A stretch of DNA of 64,000 nt. Source: Spirochaetia bacterium. GTDB lineage: Bacteria; Spirochaetota; Spirochaetia; SZUA-6; Bin103. The notes beneath the pieces were generated by a model that was not told where the DNA came from, did not search any database, and saw only the letters and a program-made list of their open reading frames with translations. Location of the stretch: assembly GCA_965198005.1 (NCBI GenBank), contig CBDAOI010000003.1, positions 416,001-480,000 on the forward strand. The letters are read 5' to 3'. This document shows, piece by piece, positions 1 to 11,400 of the stretch. Both the position numbers and the translations under genes were made by a program. Every line of letters begins with the position of its first letter. Positions within the stretch are counted from its first letter, which is position 1.

Positions 1-2
1 TC

Positions 3-272
3 CAGCTCAAGCGCGCGCGCGTGGTGCGCAGCTTCCGCGGCAGCCAAGGGGGCTACGCCCTGGCGCGGGACGCGTCCCGGATTACGGTGCTGGAGATCCT
101 GACCAGCCTGGACGGCCCGCTGGAGTTGGGCAGCGGGCCCTGGAACGACCCGGTGCTGGCGGCGCCGCTGCGCCGCGCCGAGGCGGATCTCAGCCGCTGC
201 CTGCAGGTGACCCTGGCCGACCTGATCTGGAACAAGCAGCGCTCCCAGCCGAGCCTGACCTATCAGATCTGA
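3..272 (+). CDS. Rrf2-family transcriptional regulator (CymR-like), 5'-truncated by window edge
   Basis: [22 protein letters not shown]...[12 protein letters not shown] is the Rrf2 wHTH signature; no Fe-S cysteine triad; heads a cys operon. Confidence 0.85.
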   Translation, partial: QLKRARVVRSFRGSQGGYALARDASRITVLEILTSLDGPLELGSGPWNDPVLAAPLRRAEADLSRCLQVTLADLIWNKQRSQPSLTYQI

Positions 273-304
273 GGAAAGACTGAGGAAGACTGAGGAGGGA
301 CTCG

Positions 305-1048
305 ATGAAGGACCGGATGGAACAGACAGCCGTCACCGTCGACGACGCGCAGGCGCAGTTCACCGCCGCCGCCGCGGATGGGCCCGAGGCGCTGCTGCGC
401 GCACTGGTGGCGCGCTACGGCCGCGCGCTGAAGCTGGCCTCGTCGCTCGGGGCCGAGGATCAGGTGTTGACCCACATGGTGCTCGGCATCGACCCGGGCG
501 CGACCATCTTCGTGCTCGATACCGGGCGCCTCCACCAGGAGACCTACGACCTGATGGCGCGCACCATGAGCCGCTACCGGATGCACTACGAGGTGCTGTT
601 TCCGGATGCCGCCGCGGTCCAGGAGATGGTCGGCGGCGGCGGCCCCAACCTGTTCTACGCCAGCGTCGCCGGCCGCCAGCGCTGCTGCGCGGTGCGCAAG
701 GTGGAGCCGCTGGGCCGGGCCCTGGCCGGGGCCGCGGCGTGGATTACCGGCCTGCGCCGCGCCCAGAGCCCGGAGCGCGCGCATACGCCGTTCGTGGAGT
801 GGGACGCGGCGCACGGCGCGCTCAAGGCCAATCCGCTGGCGGACTGGAGCGAGGCCCGGGTGTGGGACTACCTGCGCGCCCACGACGTGCCCTACAACAT
901 GCTGCACGACCGCGGCTTCGCCAGCATCGGCTGCGCCCCGTGCACGCGCGCCATCGAGCCGGGCGAGGATCCGCGCGCCGGGCGCTGGTGGTGGGAGCAG
1001 GGCACGGCCAAGGAGTGCGGGCTGCACCCGCCGGGGGGCGCCGCGTGA
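305..1048 (+). CDS. cysH: adenosine 5'-phosphosulfate (APS) reductase, CysH family
   Basis: [33 protein letters not shown]; the CC...CxxC set marks the [4Fe-4S] APS-reductase type. Confidence 0.93.
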   Translation: MKDRMEQTAVTVDDAQAQFTAAAADGPEALLRALVARYGRALKLASSLGAEDQVLTHMVLGIDPGATIFVLDTGRLHQETYDLMARTMSRYRMHYEVLFPDAAAVQEMVGGGGPNLFYASVAGRQRCCAVRKVEPLGRALAGAAAWITGLRRAQSPERAHTPFVEWDAAHGALKANPLADWSEARVWDYLRAHDVPYNMLHDRGFASIGCAPCTRAIEPGEDPRAGRWWWEQGTAKECGLHPPGGAA

Positions 1049-1926
1049 CCGGCCTCGAGCGCCTGGAGGCGCAGAGCGTCTACATCCTGCGCGAGGCGTA
1101 CCGGGAGTTCCCGCGCCTGTGCATGCTGTGGTCGATCGGCAAGGACAGCACCGTCATGTTGTGGCTGACGCGCAAGGCGTTCTTCGGCGAGGTGCCGTTC
1201 CCGCTGGTGCACGTCGACACCTCGTTCAAGATCCCGGAGATGATCGCCTACCGCGACCGCCTGGTGCGCACCTGGCGGCTCAACCTCATCTACGGCGAGA
1301 ACCGGGCCGCGCTCGACGCGCGCCAGACCTTCCCGGCCGGCGCGCTGTCGCGCATCGCCTGCTGCAAGGCGCTCAAGACCGACGCGCTGGTGAACACCCT
1401 GTCCGGCGCCTGGCCGCGCTACCGGTTCGATCACGAGCAGGACCAGTACGTGGTCGACCCGAACCCCGAGCCCTACACCGGGGTGATCGTGGGCGCGCGC
1501 GCGGACGAAGAGGGCAGCCGGTCCAAGGAGCGCTACTTCTCGCCGCGCGACCATCACAGCGACTGGGACATCGGCGATCAGCCGCCCGAGCTGTGGAACC
1601 AGTTCAAGACCGACTTCGCGCCCGGCACCCACGTGCGCGTGCATCCGCTGCTGGACTGGACCGAGCTCAACATCTGGGAGTACATCGCGGCCGAGAACAT
1701 CCCCGTGGTCCCGCTCTACTTCGACCAGGGCGACGGCACCCGCTTCCGGTCGCTCGGCTGCTACCCGTGCACCAAGCCGGTCGCCTCCACCGCCTCCACG
1801 GTCGCCGAGATCGTCGAAGAGCTGCGCACCGGGAGGTTCTCGCACGTGGCCGAGCGTTCCGGGCGCGAGCAGGACAAGGAGGGCGACGGCACCCTCGAAG
1901 TGCTGCGCCGCGAGGGCTACATGTAG
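1045..1926 (+). CDS. cysD: sulfate adenylyltransferase subunit 2
   Basis: GTG start overlapping cysH stop (GTGA); [50 protein letters not shown]. Confidence 0.95.
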   Translation: MTGLERLEAQSVYILREAYREFPRLCMLWSIGKDSTVMLWLTRKAFFGEVPFPLVHVDTSFKIPEMIAYRDRLVRTWRLNLIYGENRAALDARQTFPAGALSRIACCKALKTDALVNTLSGAWPRYRFDHEQDQYVVDPNPEPYTGVIVGARADEEGSRSKERYFSPRDHHSDWDIGDQPPELWNQFKTDFAPGTHVRVHPLLDWTELNIWEYIAAENIPVVPLYFDQGDGTRFRSLGCYPCTKPVASTASTVAEIVEELRTGRFSHVAERSGREQDKEGDGTLEVLRREGYM

Positions 1927-2010
1927 TGGGCGCCCCTGCGACTGCGCGCATCGGCGGCCCCGGCGGCCGCGCCCACCGCTACGCCCGCCGCCGCGCCCCC
2001 GTCCGCGGAA

Positions 2011-3816
2011 GTGGCGGCGATGAACATCGTCATCATCGGCCACGTCGACCACGGCAAGAGCACCGTGGTCGGGCGGTTGCTGCACGACACCGGGGTGTTG
2101 CCGCACGGCCGGATCGAGCAGGTGCGGCGCAACTGCGAACGCTCCGGCAAGCCGTTCGAGTACGCGTTCCTGATCGACGCGTTGCGCGACGAGCAGGCGC
2201 AGGGCATCACCATCGACGCGGCGCGCGTGTTCTTCCGCTCCGCCAAACGGCGCTACATCATCATCGACGCCCCCGGCCACATCGAATTCCTCAAGAACAT
2301 GATCACCGGCGCGGCCCGCGCCGAAGCGGCGATACTGGTGATCGACGCCCGCGAAGGCGTACGCGAGAACTCGCGCCGGCACGGGTTCATGGCCGCCATG
2401 CTCGGCATCCGGCAGCTCCTGGTGCTGGTGAACAAGATGGACCTGGTCGACTACGACGCGGCGGTCTATACCGCCATCCACCGGGAATACGCGGCGTTTC
2501 TCGAACAGATCCAGGTGGCGCCGGTGGGCTTCATTCCGGTGAGCGGGCGCCACGGCGACAACCTGGTGGCGCTTTCGCCGCGCACGCCGTGGTACGCCGG
2601 AGAGCCGCTTTTGGCGCAGATCGACGCCCTGGACAGCGCCGGTCCGGCCGCGGCGCAGGCGTTGCGGCTGCCGGTGCAGGACGTGTACAAGTTTCCGGTG
2701 CGCGGCGACGACGCGCGCATCATCGCCGGCACCATCGCCACCGGCCAGGTGGCGGTCGGCGATACGGTGGAGTTCCTGCCGTCGCGCAAGCGGGCGCGGG
2801 TGCACGGCATCGAGGGCTTCAACGTCCCGGCGGCGCGGGCGGCCGCGGCCGGCGCCGCCACCGGCATCACCCTCACCGAAGAGCTGTACGTGCGCCCCGG
2901 CGAGGTGATGTACCGGGTGGGCGAGGCGCCGCCCAAGGTGGGCACCACGTTTCGCGCCAACCTGTTCTGGCTGGGCCGCAACCCGCTGGTGCGCGGCAAG
3001 CGCTACCGGCTCAAGCTGGCCACCGCGCGGGTGCCGGTGCACCTGAAGGAGATCGTGCAGGTGCTGGATGCCGCCACCCTGGAGCGGACCAAGGCGAAGC
3101 AGCACGTCGGGCGGCACGACGTGGCCGAGTGCGTGCTGGAAACCCACAAGCCGATCGCGTTCGATCTCGGGGTGGACGCCGAGTTCGCGGCCACGGGACG
3201 GTTCGTGCTGGTCGATCAATACGAGATCGCCGGCGGCGGCATCATCACCGAGTACCGGTCCAGCCTGAAGAACGCGCTGCGCGAGCACGTCCGGCAGCGC
3301 GACTACGCCTGGGTGCACGGTACAATCACCAGCGAGCAGCGGGTCGAGCGCTACGGCCAGCGGCCGCGGCTGGTGGTGCTCACCGGACCGGAGCGCCGGC
3401 CGCTGGTGGAGATCGCGCGTCAAGTGGAGGGTGAGCTGTTTCGCGGCGGCCGCAGCGTGTACTACTTCGGCCTCTCCAATCTGGCGCGCGGCCTGGATGC
3501 CGACCTGTCCGGCGCGGAGCTGCCCGGCAGCGAGACCCGCGACGAGCAGATCCGCCATCTGGGCGAGGTGGCCCACATCCTGACCGACACCGGCCAGATC
3601 GTGATTACCACGGTGACCGACCTCGACGTGCATGAAGCGGAGACCCTGCGCATCCTCAATCAGCCCAACGACGTGCTGGTGATCCGCATCGGCCCCGACC
3701 GCTACGGCGTGAACGCCGATCTGGTGCTGCCGCAGCAGCAGGTGGCGCGGGCGGCGGTGGCGGCCGTGTGCCGCATGCTGCGCGAGCGCGAGGTGGTGCT
3801 CGAATATTACCTGTGA
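2011..3816 (+). CDS. cysN: sulfate adenylyltransferase subunit 1 (GTPase) with degenerate C-terminal APS-kinase-like domain
   Basis: [28 protein letters not shown]-terminal CysC-like region lacks the P-loop ([12 protein letters not shown]). Confidence 0.92.
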   Translation: MAAMNIVIIGHVDHGKSTVVGRLLHDTGVLPHGRIEQVRRNCERSGKPFEYAFLIDALRDEQAQGITIDAARVFFRSAKRRYIIIDAPGHIEFLKNMITGAARAEAAILVIDAREGVRENSRRHGFMAAMLGIRQLLVLVNKMDLVDYDAAVYTAIHREYAAFLEQIQVAPVGFIPVSGRHGDNLVALSPRTPWYAGEPLLAQIDALDSAGPAAAQALRLPVQDVYKFPVRGDDARIIAGTIATGQVAVGDTVEFLPSRKRARVHGIEGFNVPAARAAAAGAATGITLTEELYVRPGEVMYRVGEAPPKVGTTFRANLFWLGRNPLVRGKRYRLKLATARVPVHLKEIVQVLDAATLERTKAKQHVGRHDVAECVLETHKPIAFDLGVDAEFAATGRFVLVDQYEIAGGGIITEYRSSLKNALREHVRQRDYAWVHGTITSEQRVERYGQRPRLVVLTGPERRPLVEIARQVEGELFRGGRSVYYFGLSNLARGLDADLSGAELPGSETRDEQIRHLGEVAHILTDTGQIVITTVTDLDVHEAETLRILNQPNDVLVIRIGPDRYGVNADLVLPQQQVARAAVAAVCRMLREREVVLEYYL

Positions 3817-3845
3817 TCGGGTGGCTGTGATCGGGTGGTTGTGAC

Positions 3846-5270
3846 GTGGTGCCCGTGACCGGGTTCGTGAGCCTGATCGGCGCCGGGCCGGGAGATCCGG
3901 AGTTGATCACCGTGCGCGGGCAGCGCGCCCTGGCCGCGGCCGACGTGATCGTCCACGACGAGCTGGTGGACCGGCGCATCCTGGCGCCGTACGCCGGCCG
4001 CGTCCTGCACGGCCTGGGAGACCGGCGGGCGCCCGCCGCGCACCGGCAGCAGCGCCTGCACGCGCTGTTGGCCGCCGAGGCGGGGGCCGGCCGGCGCGTC
4101 GCGCACCTCAAGGGCGGCGATCCGTTGCTGTTCGCGCGCGGCACGGAGGAGATCGAGTTTCTGCGCGCGCGCGCCATTCCGTACGAAGTGATACCGGGCA
4201 TCACGGCGGCGGTAGCGGCCGCGGCGTACGCCGAGCTGCCCCTGACGCGGCGCCGGCTCGCCTCGTCGGTGGCGTTCTGCACCGGGCATGCGGCCGCGAT
4301 TACGGTGCCGCAGGCCGACACGCTGGTGTACTACATGGCGGCCGCCCGCCTGGCGGAGGTGGCGCAGCGGGTGCTGGCGGAAGGCTGGCCCGCGACCACC
4401 CCGCTGACCCTGGTGCGCCAGGCGACGCGCCCCGAACAGACGGTCTTGACCACCACCCTCGGCCGGGCCGCGGCCGGGTCGGTGCCGATGGCGCCGCCGC
4501 TGGTGGCGTTGATCGGGCCGGGCGGGAAGCCGCTCGCCGGCCGGGTCGACCGCTCCTGGTTCACGCGTGCGCGCAAGGTACTGGTGACCGGCACCAGCCT
4601 CGAGCCGTACCGCGGCCTGGGTGAGCTGGTGCACACGCCGCTGATCCGGATCGCCGAACCCGACGACGGCGCCCCGTTCGACGCCGCGCTGCGGCGCCTC
4701 GGCGGCTTCGACCTGATCGGCTTCACCAGCCGCTACGCGGTAGCGGCGCTGTTCGCCCGCCTGCTGCGCCTGGGCGCGGACAGCCGGCGGCTGGCGCACG
4801 CCACCATTGCGGCGGTGGGCAGGAGCACGGCCGCGGCCCTGCGCGCGCGCGCGGTGCTGGCCGACGTCACCGCCGCGCCGGAGAGCACGGCCGGGCTACT
4901 GGCCGCGCTACGCGCCGGACCGGCGCTGGCCGGCCGGCGGGTCCTGCTGCCGCGCTCGGAGATCGCCGATCCGGAGCTGCCGGCGGCGCTGCGCCGGGAG
5001 GGCGCCGCGGTCACCGCGGTCACCGCCTACCGCACCTTGCCGGTCGCCGACCCGCCGCGGGTCGACCTGAGCGCGTTCGGTGCGGTCCTGTTCACCTCGC
5101 CCTCCGCCGTGGACGCGTTCCGCCGGCTGTACGGCTCCGCCCCGCCGGCCGCGGTCGCGCTCTGGTGCCGCGGCCCCCTGACCCGGGCCGCGGCCCGCGC
5201 CGCCTTCGGCCGCGGCGAGCCACTGCCCGCCGTCCCAGCCCCGGACCCGCCGCCCGCCGGCAACGCTTAG
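3846..5270 (+). CDS. cobA: uroporphyrinogen-III C-methyltransferase / uroporphyrinogen-III synthase fusion (CobA-HemD)
   Basis: LIGAGPGDPELIT, LKGGDP, IPGITA; HemD half with FTSRYAV, AYRT, FTSPSAV. Confidence 0.9.
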   Translation: MVPVTGFVSLIGAGPGDPELITVRGQRALAAADVIVHDELVDRRILAPYAGRVLHGLGDRRAPAAHRQQRLHALLAAEAGAGRRVAHLKGGDPLLFARGTEEIEFLRARAIPYEVIPGITAAVAAAAYAELPLTRRRLASSVAFCTGHAAAITVPQADTLVYYMAAARLAEVAQRVLAEGWPATTPLTLVRQATRPEQTVLTTTLGRAAAGSVPMAPPLVALIGPGGKPLAGRVDRSWFTRARKVLVTGTSLEPYRGLGELVHTPLIRIAEPDDGAPFDAALRRLGGFDLIGFTSRYAVAALFARLLRLGADSRRLAHATIAAVGRSTAAALRARAVLADVTAAPESTAGLLAALRAGPALAGRRVLLPRSEIADPELPAALRREGAAVTAVTAYRTLPVADPPRVDLSAFGAVLFTSPSAVDAFRRLYGSAPPAAVALWCRGPLTRAAARAAFGRGEPLPAVPAPDPPPAGNA

Positions 5271-5775
5271 CTCCTGCACGAGCTCGTTCATCTGCTGCTG
5301 GGCATGACCGGTATCAGCGGCGACGCTCCTGGGAGCAAGGTAGAGGGGTTCTGCAGTTCTGCAATAACGTCGCGGCCAAGTGGATGCTGCCCGCACAGAC
5401 GCTGAACCAGATCGAGCTCGATGACGACCTTGCCGAGCAGCAACGGCACATCAGCAGGTTTGCTCAGCCACGGAACCTGAGCCACACGTTGGTTGCCTAC
5501 CGGCTATTTCGCGCCGAACGCATCGATCAGCGAACCTATGCCCGTCTCAGTGCCGTTTTCAGAGAACGGTGGCGGACGGAGCGCACGCTGCGCCGTGAGG
5601 AAGCGCGGGAAGCGGAAGGTGGTATCGACTACTACGTTGTACGCCGTCACCGGGTCGGCCAAGCATTGCTACAGTTCGCCGGTCGCATGGTGAAGTCCGA
5701 CGCGCTGTCCATTACCAAGGCGGCTAGAATCCTGGACGTCAAGCCCGGACAGGTAAGCAAGATGCTGCCTTCTCA
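5271..5775 (+). pseudogene. C-terminal remnant of an XRE-HTH/ImmA-IrrE family metallopeptidase
   Basis: LLHELVHLLLG (HExxH), then FCNNVAAKWMLP...YYVVRRHRVG in a shifted frame; frameshift caused by GTTCTGCA tandem duplication at 5348-5363; no start. Confidence 0.75.
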
Positions 5776-5820
5776 TGCGCGGGCGCGGGCGCATCCCGCC
5801 GGCAGGTGGGGCGGCCGTCA

Positions 5821-7524
5821 TCAACCGTCGGCCGGCGGCGGTTCCCACAACACGTCGAGCGCCGCCGCCAGGTCGAGCGACTCCCCGTACCACTCCGGCG
5901 TCGCCGTGTGCGGGCCGATCGTGATCCCCGCCTGCCGCAGCCGCGCCTCGGTCGGCTCCAGCGGCGCTCCCTCCCAACGCGGCGCCACCGGCACCGCCGG
6001 CAGCGGCGTACCATCCGGCCGCCGGAACACAAACTGCCCATCCGCGTCAGAGACCACCTGAAACCCCTCCTCGTGCACCGCCCGGTGGTGGTAGCGACAG
6101 CACAAAACGAGATTCTCGAGCCGCGTCGCCCCGCCGTCCGCCCAGTGAATGACGTGATGCGCGTCGCAGTGGCGGAGCTGACAGCCGGGGAACTGACACT
6201 GATGGTGGTCTCTGACCTCCAGCGCGCGGCGCAACGGAGTCGGCACCGTGCGCGTTCTGCGCCCGACCTCCAGGACTGCGCCGTCGGGAGCGTGGGTCAC
6301 CAGCACGCGGCCGGCGTCGCAGGCGATGCGGCGGGCTGCGGTCGCAGCGAGGTGAATGCCATTCGCCTGTTCGATGACCGCCGCGCCGGCGGCGCGGGTG
6401 GAGTCGGCCGCCGGCGCCGGCGCCACCGGTGCGGGGACCTGCGCGGCGGCGGCGGGCTGACGAGCGTCGGGGTGCTCAGGGGCGTCCGCGACGGGAGCGG
6501 TGACCGGCGGTGCGACCGGCTGGGCGGCAGTCTCACCGGCGGCGCACGGTGCTGCCGGCATCGCCGGTGGCGCAGTCCGGCCGGTGCCCCGCGTTTCCGC
6601 TGAAACTGCACCGGCGTCAGCGGCCGCGCAGCCGGCTGCCGACGCGGCCGGGGCGCTCGCTGCCGCGGCCGGAGCACCGGCGCACGTTTCCGCGGAAATC
6701 TCCGGCGCGTCGGAGGCAGTGTCGCGAGCAGTCTCGGGGGCAGTCTCACCGGCGGCCAACGCCGCCGCGTCCACGTGCACCGTCACCTGGTAGCGGTCAC
6801 CGGCCGCGCCCGGGTCCAGCTTGCCCGCCAGCGCGCTCTCCGCCACCACCCCCAGCGCATCCGCGCGCCGTTGCGAGGCAGTGCACTCCGTGCCGTCCGC
6901 CGCCGCCGCCGGCACCTGCTCCAGCGCCGCCTCCAGCGCCCGCAGCACCACCGCCCCCACCTCCGGCAGCAACCGCCCGCGCACCACCACCATCCCGTCT
7001 TCGTCCACCCGCAGGCTCAACCCGCGCCGCGCCAGGCGCACCTGCGCGCCATCGTCGCCGGCCGCCGCCTGCTCCCGGTCCACCCGCCGCCAGCCGCGCA
7101 CCAGCCGCTCCACCTGCTCGGCGGTCGCGCCGCACGCCACCGCCAGCAGCCGCGCCTCGGTGCGCGGGGTCGCCACCCGAGAAAGCGCCCGTACCTTCGA
7201 ATAGGACAGCACGCCGCAGGCCATGGCGGCGCTCACGTGGTTGAGGTCGGCCAGGGCGGCGGCCACGCGCAGCTTCTCGCGCGCGGCGCCGAGGTCGAGG
7301 CCGGTGCGCCAGTTGAGCCAGTGGGCGCAGGAGCGGAAGCCTTCCCAGCCGTGGCGGCGGTCGAACTCGAGCAGTTCACAGAGCAGGTCATAGGTGGCGG
7401 CCTGGATGCGGGCGGAGAGTTCGGCGATGCGGTCGCCGAGCTGATCCAGGTCGAGCGGGGCGGCCGGCGCCGGGGGCGGGGCCGGTGGCGTGCGGGATGC
7501 TGATTGTTCCATGGCGGTTTCCAT
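5821..7524 (-). CDS. DUF222 (13E12-repeat family) protein with C-terminal HNH endonuclease
   Basis: SCAHWLNWRTGL...AREKLRVA, LSYSKVRALSR, RRADAL, ARRIACDA, RDHHQCQFPGC...HHVIHWADGGATRLENLVLCCRYHH; start uncertain (7524 or 7512). Confidence 0.88.
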   Translation of the reverse strand: METAMEQSASRTPPAPPPAPAAPLDLDQLGDRIAELSARIQAATYDLLCELLEFDRRHGWEGFRSCAHWLNWRTGLDLGAAREKLRVAAALADLNHVSAAMACGVLSYSKVRALSRVATPRTEARLLAVACGATAEQVERLVRGWRRVDREQAAAGDDGAQVRLARRGLSLRVDEDGMVVVRGRLLPEVGAVVLRALEAALEQVPAAAADGTECTASQRRADALGVVAESALAGKLDPGAAGDRYQVTVHVDAAALAAGETAPETARDTASDAPEISAETCAGAPAAAASAPAASAAGCAAADAGAVSAETRGTGRTAPPAMPAAPCAAGETAAQPVAPPVTAPVADAPEHPDARQPAAAAQVPAPVAPAPAADSTRAAGAAVIEQANGIHLAATAARRIACDAGRVLVTHAPDGAVLEVGRRTRTVPTPLRRALEVRDHHQCQFPGCQLRHCDAHHVIHWADGGATRLENLVLCCRYHHRAVHEEGFQVVSDADGQFVFRRPDGTPLPAVPVAPRWEGAPLEPTEARLRQAGITIGPHTATPEWYGESLDLAAALDVLWEPPPADG

Positions 7525-8047
7525 GGCTGTATGGTACACCCGGTTTTGGACGGGGCCGTACGCGGCCGTGGCGGGCTTGGTTCGGCGATTTTGGAGTTTC
7601 GTGGCCAGATTGGGGTTGGCGGCCGCTCCAGCGCAGGCTACGGCCCGGGTGCGGGAGATTGTGGCGTGGGTTGGCGCGGGGCCGAGGCGGGCAGTGAAAA
7701 CCGTGTCAAGCTCCAAACGCCGCTCAACAGCGATTTTTTCGATTTTTTTGGGCGCTCGCACCGCCCTGCGTGACAGTTTGTCACGCCTGCGCTTCAATCT
7801 GTCCGCCAAACGCGATCCCGCCCCTCTGATTCACTCTCAATACGAGACCCACACCCTCAGGACGCCACCGGACAGCCATTCAGTTCCTCGAACGCTCATC
7901 CTGACTGTATGTTTCTTAAAAGGCCGCAGTTTCCCGGTTACATCGGTTACATCGCAGATGCCGTCAGCAGCAGTGAGCGGCCGAACGTGAGTGTGGGCGA
8001 CGACGTTCGTCGACGTGCCGTTCGGATGTTAAGCTACAGGCGGAACG

Positions 8048-8330
8048 ATGCCAGCAGTGAATCCCGAGATCCTCGTCTGGGCGCGTGAGACTGCGGGCCT
8101 GACACGTCAGGGCGCCGTCACGAAGATCGGCATCAGAGACGCGTATGGTGTAGCTGCCGTCGACCGCCTTGCAGCGCTGGAGCGCAGTGAGGAAGAGCCA
8201 ACGCGCCCTGTCCTGGTCAGGATGGCGCAGCACTATCGCCGGCCACTGCTCGCCCTCTACTTGGCCGCGCCACCACCACGGGGTGAGCGCGGCGCTGACT
8301 TCCGCAGATTGGTTCGAGCCATGCTGGACC
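8048..8330 (+). pseudogene. N-terminal XRE-HTH remnant of an ImmA/IrrE-family protein
   Basis: MPAVNPEILVWARETAGL...LERSEEEPTRPVLVRMAQHYRRPLLALYL...DFR; similarity ends after about 90 aa. Confidence 0.7.
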
Positions 8331-8478
8331 AAGCGACGCCGCTCCCGTTCGTGCGTAGCCTAAGCCGCAAAGGCGAGGGGTGTGGCGGGACTGGCCGACC
8401 GTTATTCCGGCGCCGGCGTGCCCTGGAACCGGATTCCCGACACGGTCGTCATTGCGTCGTCGACCCGCCGCATGAGGT

Positions 8479-11400
8479 GTGAACGGGAGCGTCATGACCG
8501 TTGACTCCAAGGGCCGCGAACTCTTCATCGTCGACAACAGTGTCTCCGGCTGGACCGGGCTCCGGTACTTGGAGGAGTGGTCCAGCATCGCGAACGCGTT
8601 CGACATCGCGACCGGATACTTCGAGATCGGCGCCCTGCTCACCCTCGACGGCAGATGGCAGGGGCTCGACAAGATCCGGATCCTGATGGGGGCGGACACC
8701 ACCCATCGGACTCGCAAGGCCATTCTCGAGGCGGTGCGGGCGCAAGCGCTCGACAGGCTCGATGAGAGCATCGAGGAGGACAAGGAGCCGAACCCCTTCC
8801 TGCACGGGGTCCCGGCGATCCTCGACGCGCTCCGCTCCGGGCAGATCGAGTGCCGTGTCTACGACAAGGACAAATTCCACGCCAAGGCCTACATCACCCA
8901 CGCAAAGCTTGAGGTCGTGGGCGCCCAAGCTCTCGTGGGCTCCAGCAACTTCACGCGGCCGGGTCTCACGAAGAACATCGAACTGAACGTCCAGGTCCAG
9001 AGCGCGCGCGAGGTCGCGCAACTCCAGGAGTGGTTCGAGACGCACTGGAACGAAGCGAACAAGGTCACCGAGGCCGTGTTCGATACGATCTCGCGCCATA
9101 CGCACCGGTATTCGCCATTCGACGTCTACACGAAGGCCCTGCAGCAGTTCTTCCGGGGGCACGAGCTGACCGCGACCGAGTGGGACGAGACACGCTCGCG
9201 CATGTTCTCGCACCTCGATCGCTATCAGAAGGAGGCGTACTGGGCGCTCATGAAGATCGCCCGGCAGCACGGCGGTGCGTTCCTCTGTGATGGCGTGGGT
9301 CTTGGCAAGACCTTCGTCGGTCTGATGCTGATCGAGCGGCTCATCCTTCACGAGGGCAAGCGTGTCGCACTGTTCGCACCGAAGGCGACCAAGGAGGGGG
9401 TATGGGAGCCCCACCTGCGTCGGTGGCTTCCGCACATCGGCGGCGTCGGCGGTGGCGCGGACTTCAGCAACCTGGCCGTCTTCAGCCACACCGACCTCGG
9501 ACGCAAGGGGACTTCCCGGATGCGTTTCCGGCGCATTGCGGAACTCGCCGACGTCGTCGTCATCGACGAGGCGCACCACTTCCGCAATCCGGGCCGCCGG
9601 GGTGACCCCGACAGGGGAATCGAACCCTCGCGCTACTACCGTCTGTTCGAGCTGCTCGACAACGCGGAACGCCCCAAGACCGTGTTCATGCTGACGGCCA
9701 CCCCCATCAACAACCGCCTGAGTGACTTCCGCCACATGACCGAGCTCTTCACGCGTCGCGACGAGGCCTACTTCGCGCGCACGATCGGCGTGAACAACCT
9801 GCGGGCGCACTTCAACCAGATGGAAAAGATGCTTCGCAGCCGTGTGGGGCACGACGAGGCGGATGCCGCGGAGCACATGACCGAAGCCCAGGAGATCCTC
9901 TTCACCGACGCTTTCTTCCGCCAGCTCGTCGTCCAGCGGAGCCGCGATTACGCCCGCGAGAGCCAGATTCGGGAGTACGGCAAAGCAGCCGCCTTTCCCG
10001 AGCGGAGGGACCCTCAGGTAGCGGCGTACTCGATCCGCAAGACCTACGGGGGGATGCTCAAGCTGTTCGAGAAGGCCTTCGCGAAGCAGAGCCCGCTCTT
10101 CACGCTCCCGATGTACTACCCCCTGCATTGGTACAGCGGGCCGGACAAGGACATCGACCCGTTCGAGGAGAACCGCCAGAGACAGGTGGTCGGCCTCATC
10201 CGGACCAACTTCCTCAAGCGCTTCGAGAGCTCCGTCGCCGCCTTCGAGATCTCCTGCGACCGCCTCCTCCAAAAACTGCTCGCCTTCCTTGAGGTTCACA
10301 GCGAGAGCGACGCCCAGAGGAAGCGCCTCGATCGCTGGAAGGCGCAGAACGCCGACGTGCTAGGCTACGCCGTCGAGCGCCAGCTCGAACTCTGGGGCGA
10401 AGAAGGCAAGGAGGCGGACGACGAAGATGTCGTTCCCCAGGAAATGCTCGACGCGGTCGAGCGCCTCGACCGGGCCGAGTACGACGTAGAGGAGATGATG
10501 GCCGAGACCTTCCTCGACCTCGACCAGATCGTGCAGTTCCTGGACGAGGCCCGGAAGTTCGAGCCGAAGCACGACGACAAGCTCCGGAAGCTCATCCGCC
10601 TGGTCACGTCCAAGGCGCTGGCCGACCAGAAGCTCCTGATTTTCACCGAGTTCGCCGATACGGCCCGCTACCTCAAGCGTCACCTGGACGAGACCGGTGT
10701 CGAGGGCGTCGAGCAGGTGGACAGTGCCACGAAGAAGAACCGTTCAGACGTCATCCAGGGCTTCGCGCCCTACTACAATGGCCTCTCGTCCCCGGAGCTC
10801 GCCGAGCAGGGCCGCGAGCAGATCCGCGTCCTGATCTCCACCGATGTCCTTTCCGAGGGTCTCAACCTCCAGGACGCCTCGCGGATGATCAACTACGACA
10901 TCCACTGGAACCCGGTCCGGCTCATGCAGCGCATCGGCCGGGTGGACCGGCGCATGAGTCCCGCGATCGAGCAGCGGCTTGTCGCCGACCATCCCGAGGC
11001 GACGACCGCGCGCGGCAAGGTCTGGTTCTGGAACTTTCTCCCGCCCGACGAGCTGAACGAGGTCCTTTCGCTATACACCAAGGTCACGCAGAAGACGCTC
11101 CTGATCTCCAAGACCCTCGGCATTGAGGGCCGGAAGCTTCTCACCCCGGAGGACGACTACGATGCGCTGAAGGAGTTCCACCACGCCTACGAGGGCACAC
11201 GCACGGCCGTGGAGGACATGCACCTCGAGTACCAGGCGCTGCTCCAGGTCGACCCGGAGCTGGAGGCGCGCCTCGCTCGCTTCCCCGGCGCGATCTTCAG
11301 CGGCCGCAAGCGCCCGGCCAGGGGGGTACGCGGTGTCTTTTTCTGCTACGCACTCCCCGCCCTCGACAAGGAGAAGAACGAGTTCACCGAGGAGGCCGGG

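Noticed and set aside
269-300. CTGAGGAAGA short tandem repeats before cysH, and similar GTGATCGG repeats at 3813-3845
   Set aside because: Two or three short intergenic slippage copies with no further structure
606-3633. Long overlapping ORFs (606-3434 +, 892-3633 -) and similar ones throughout the window
   Set aside because: Alternative-frame artefacts of high GC over well-supported genes
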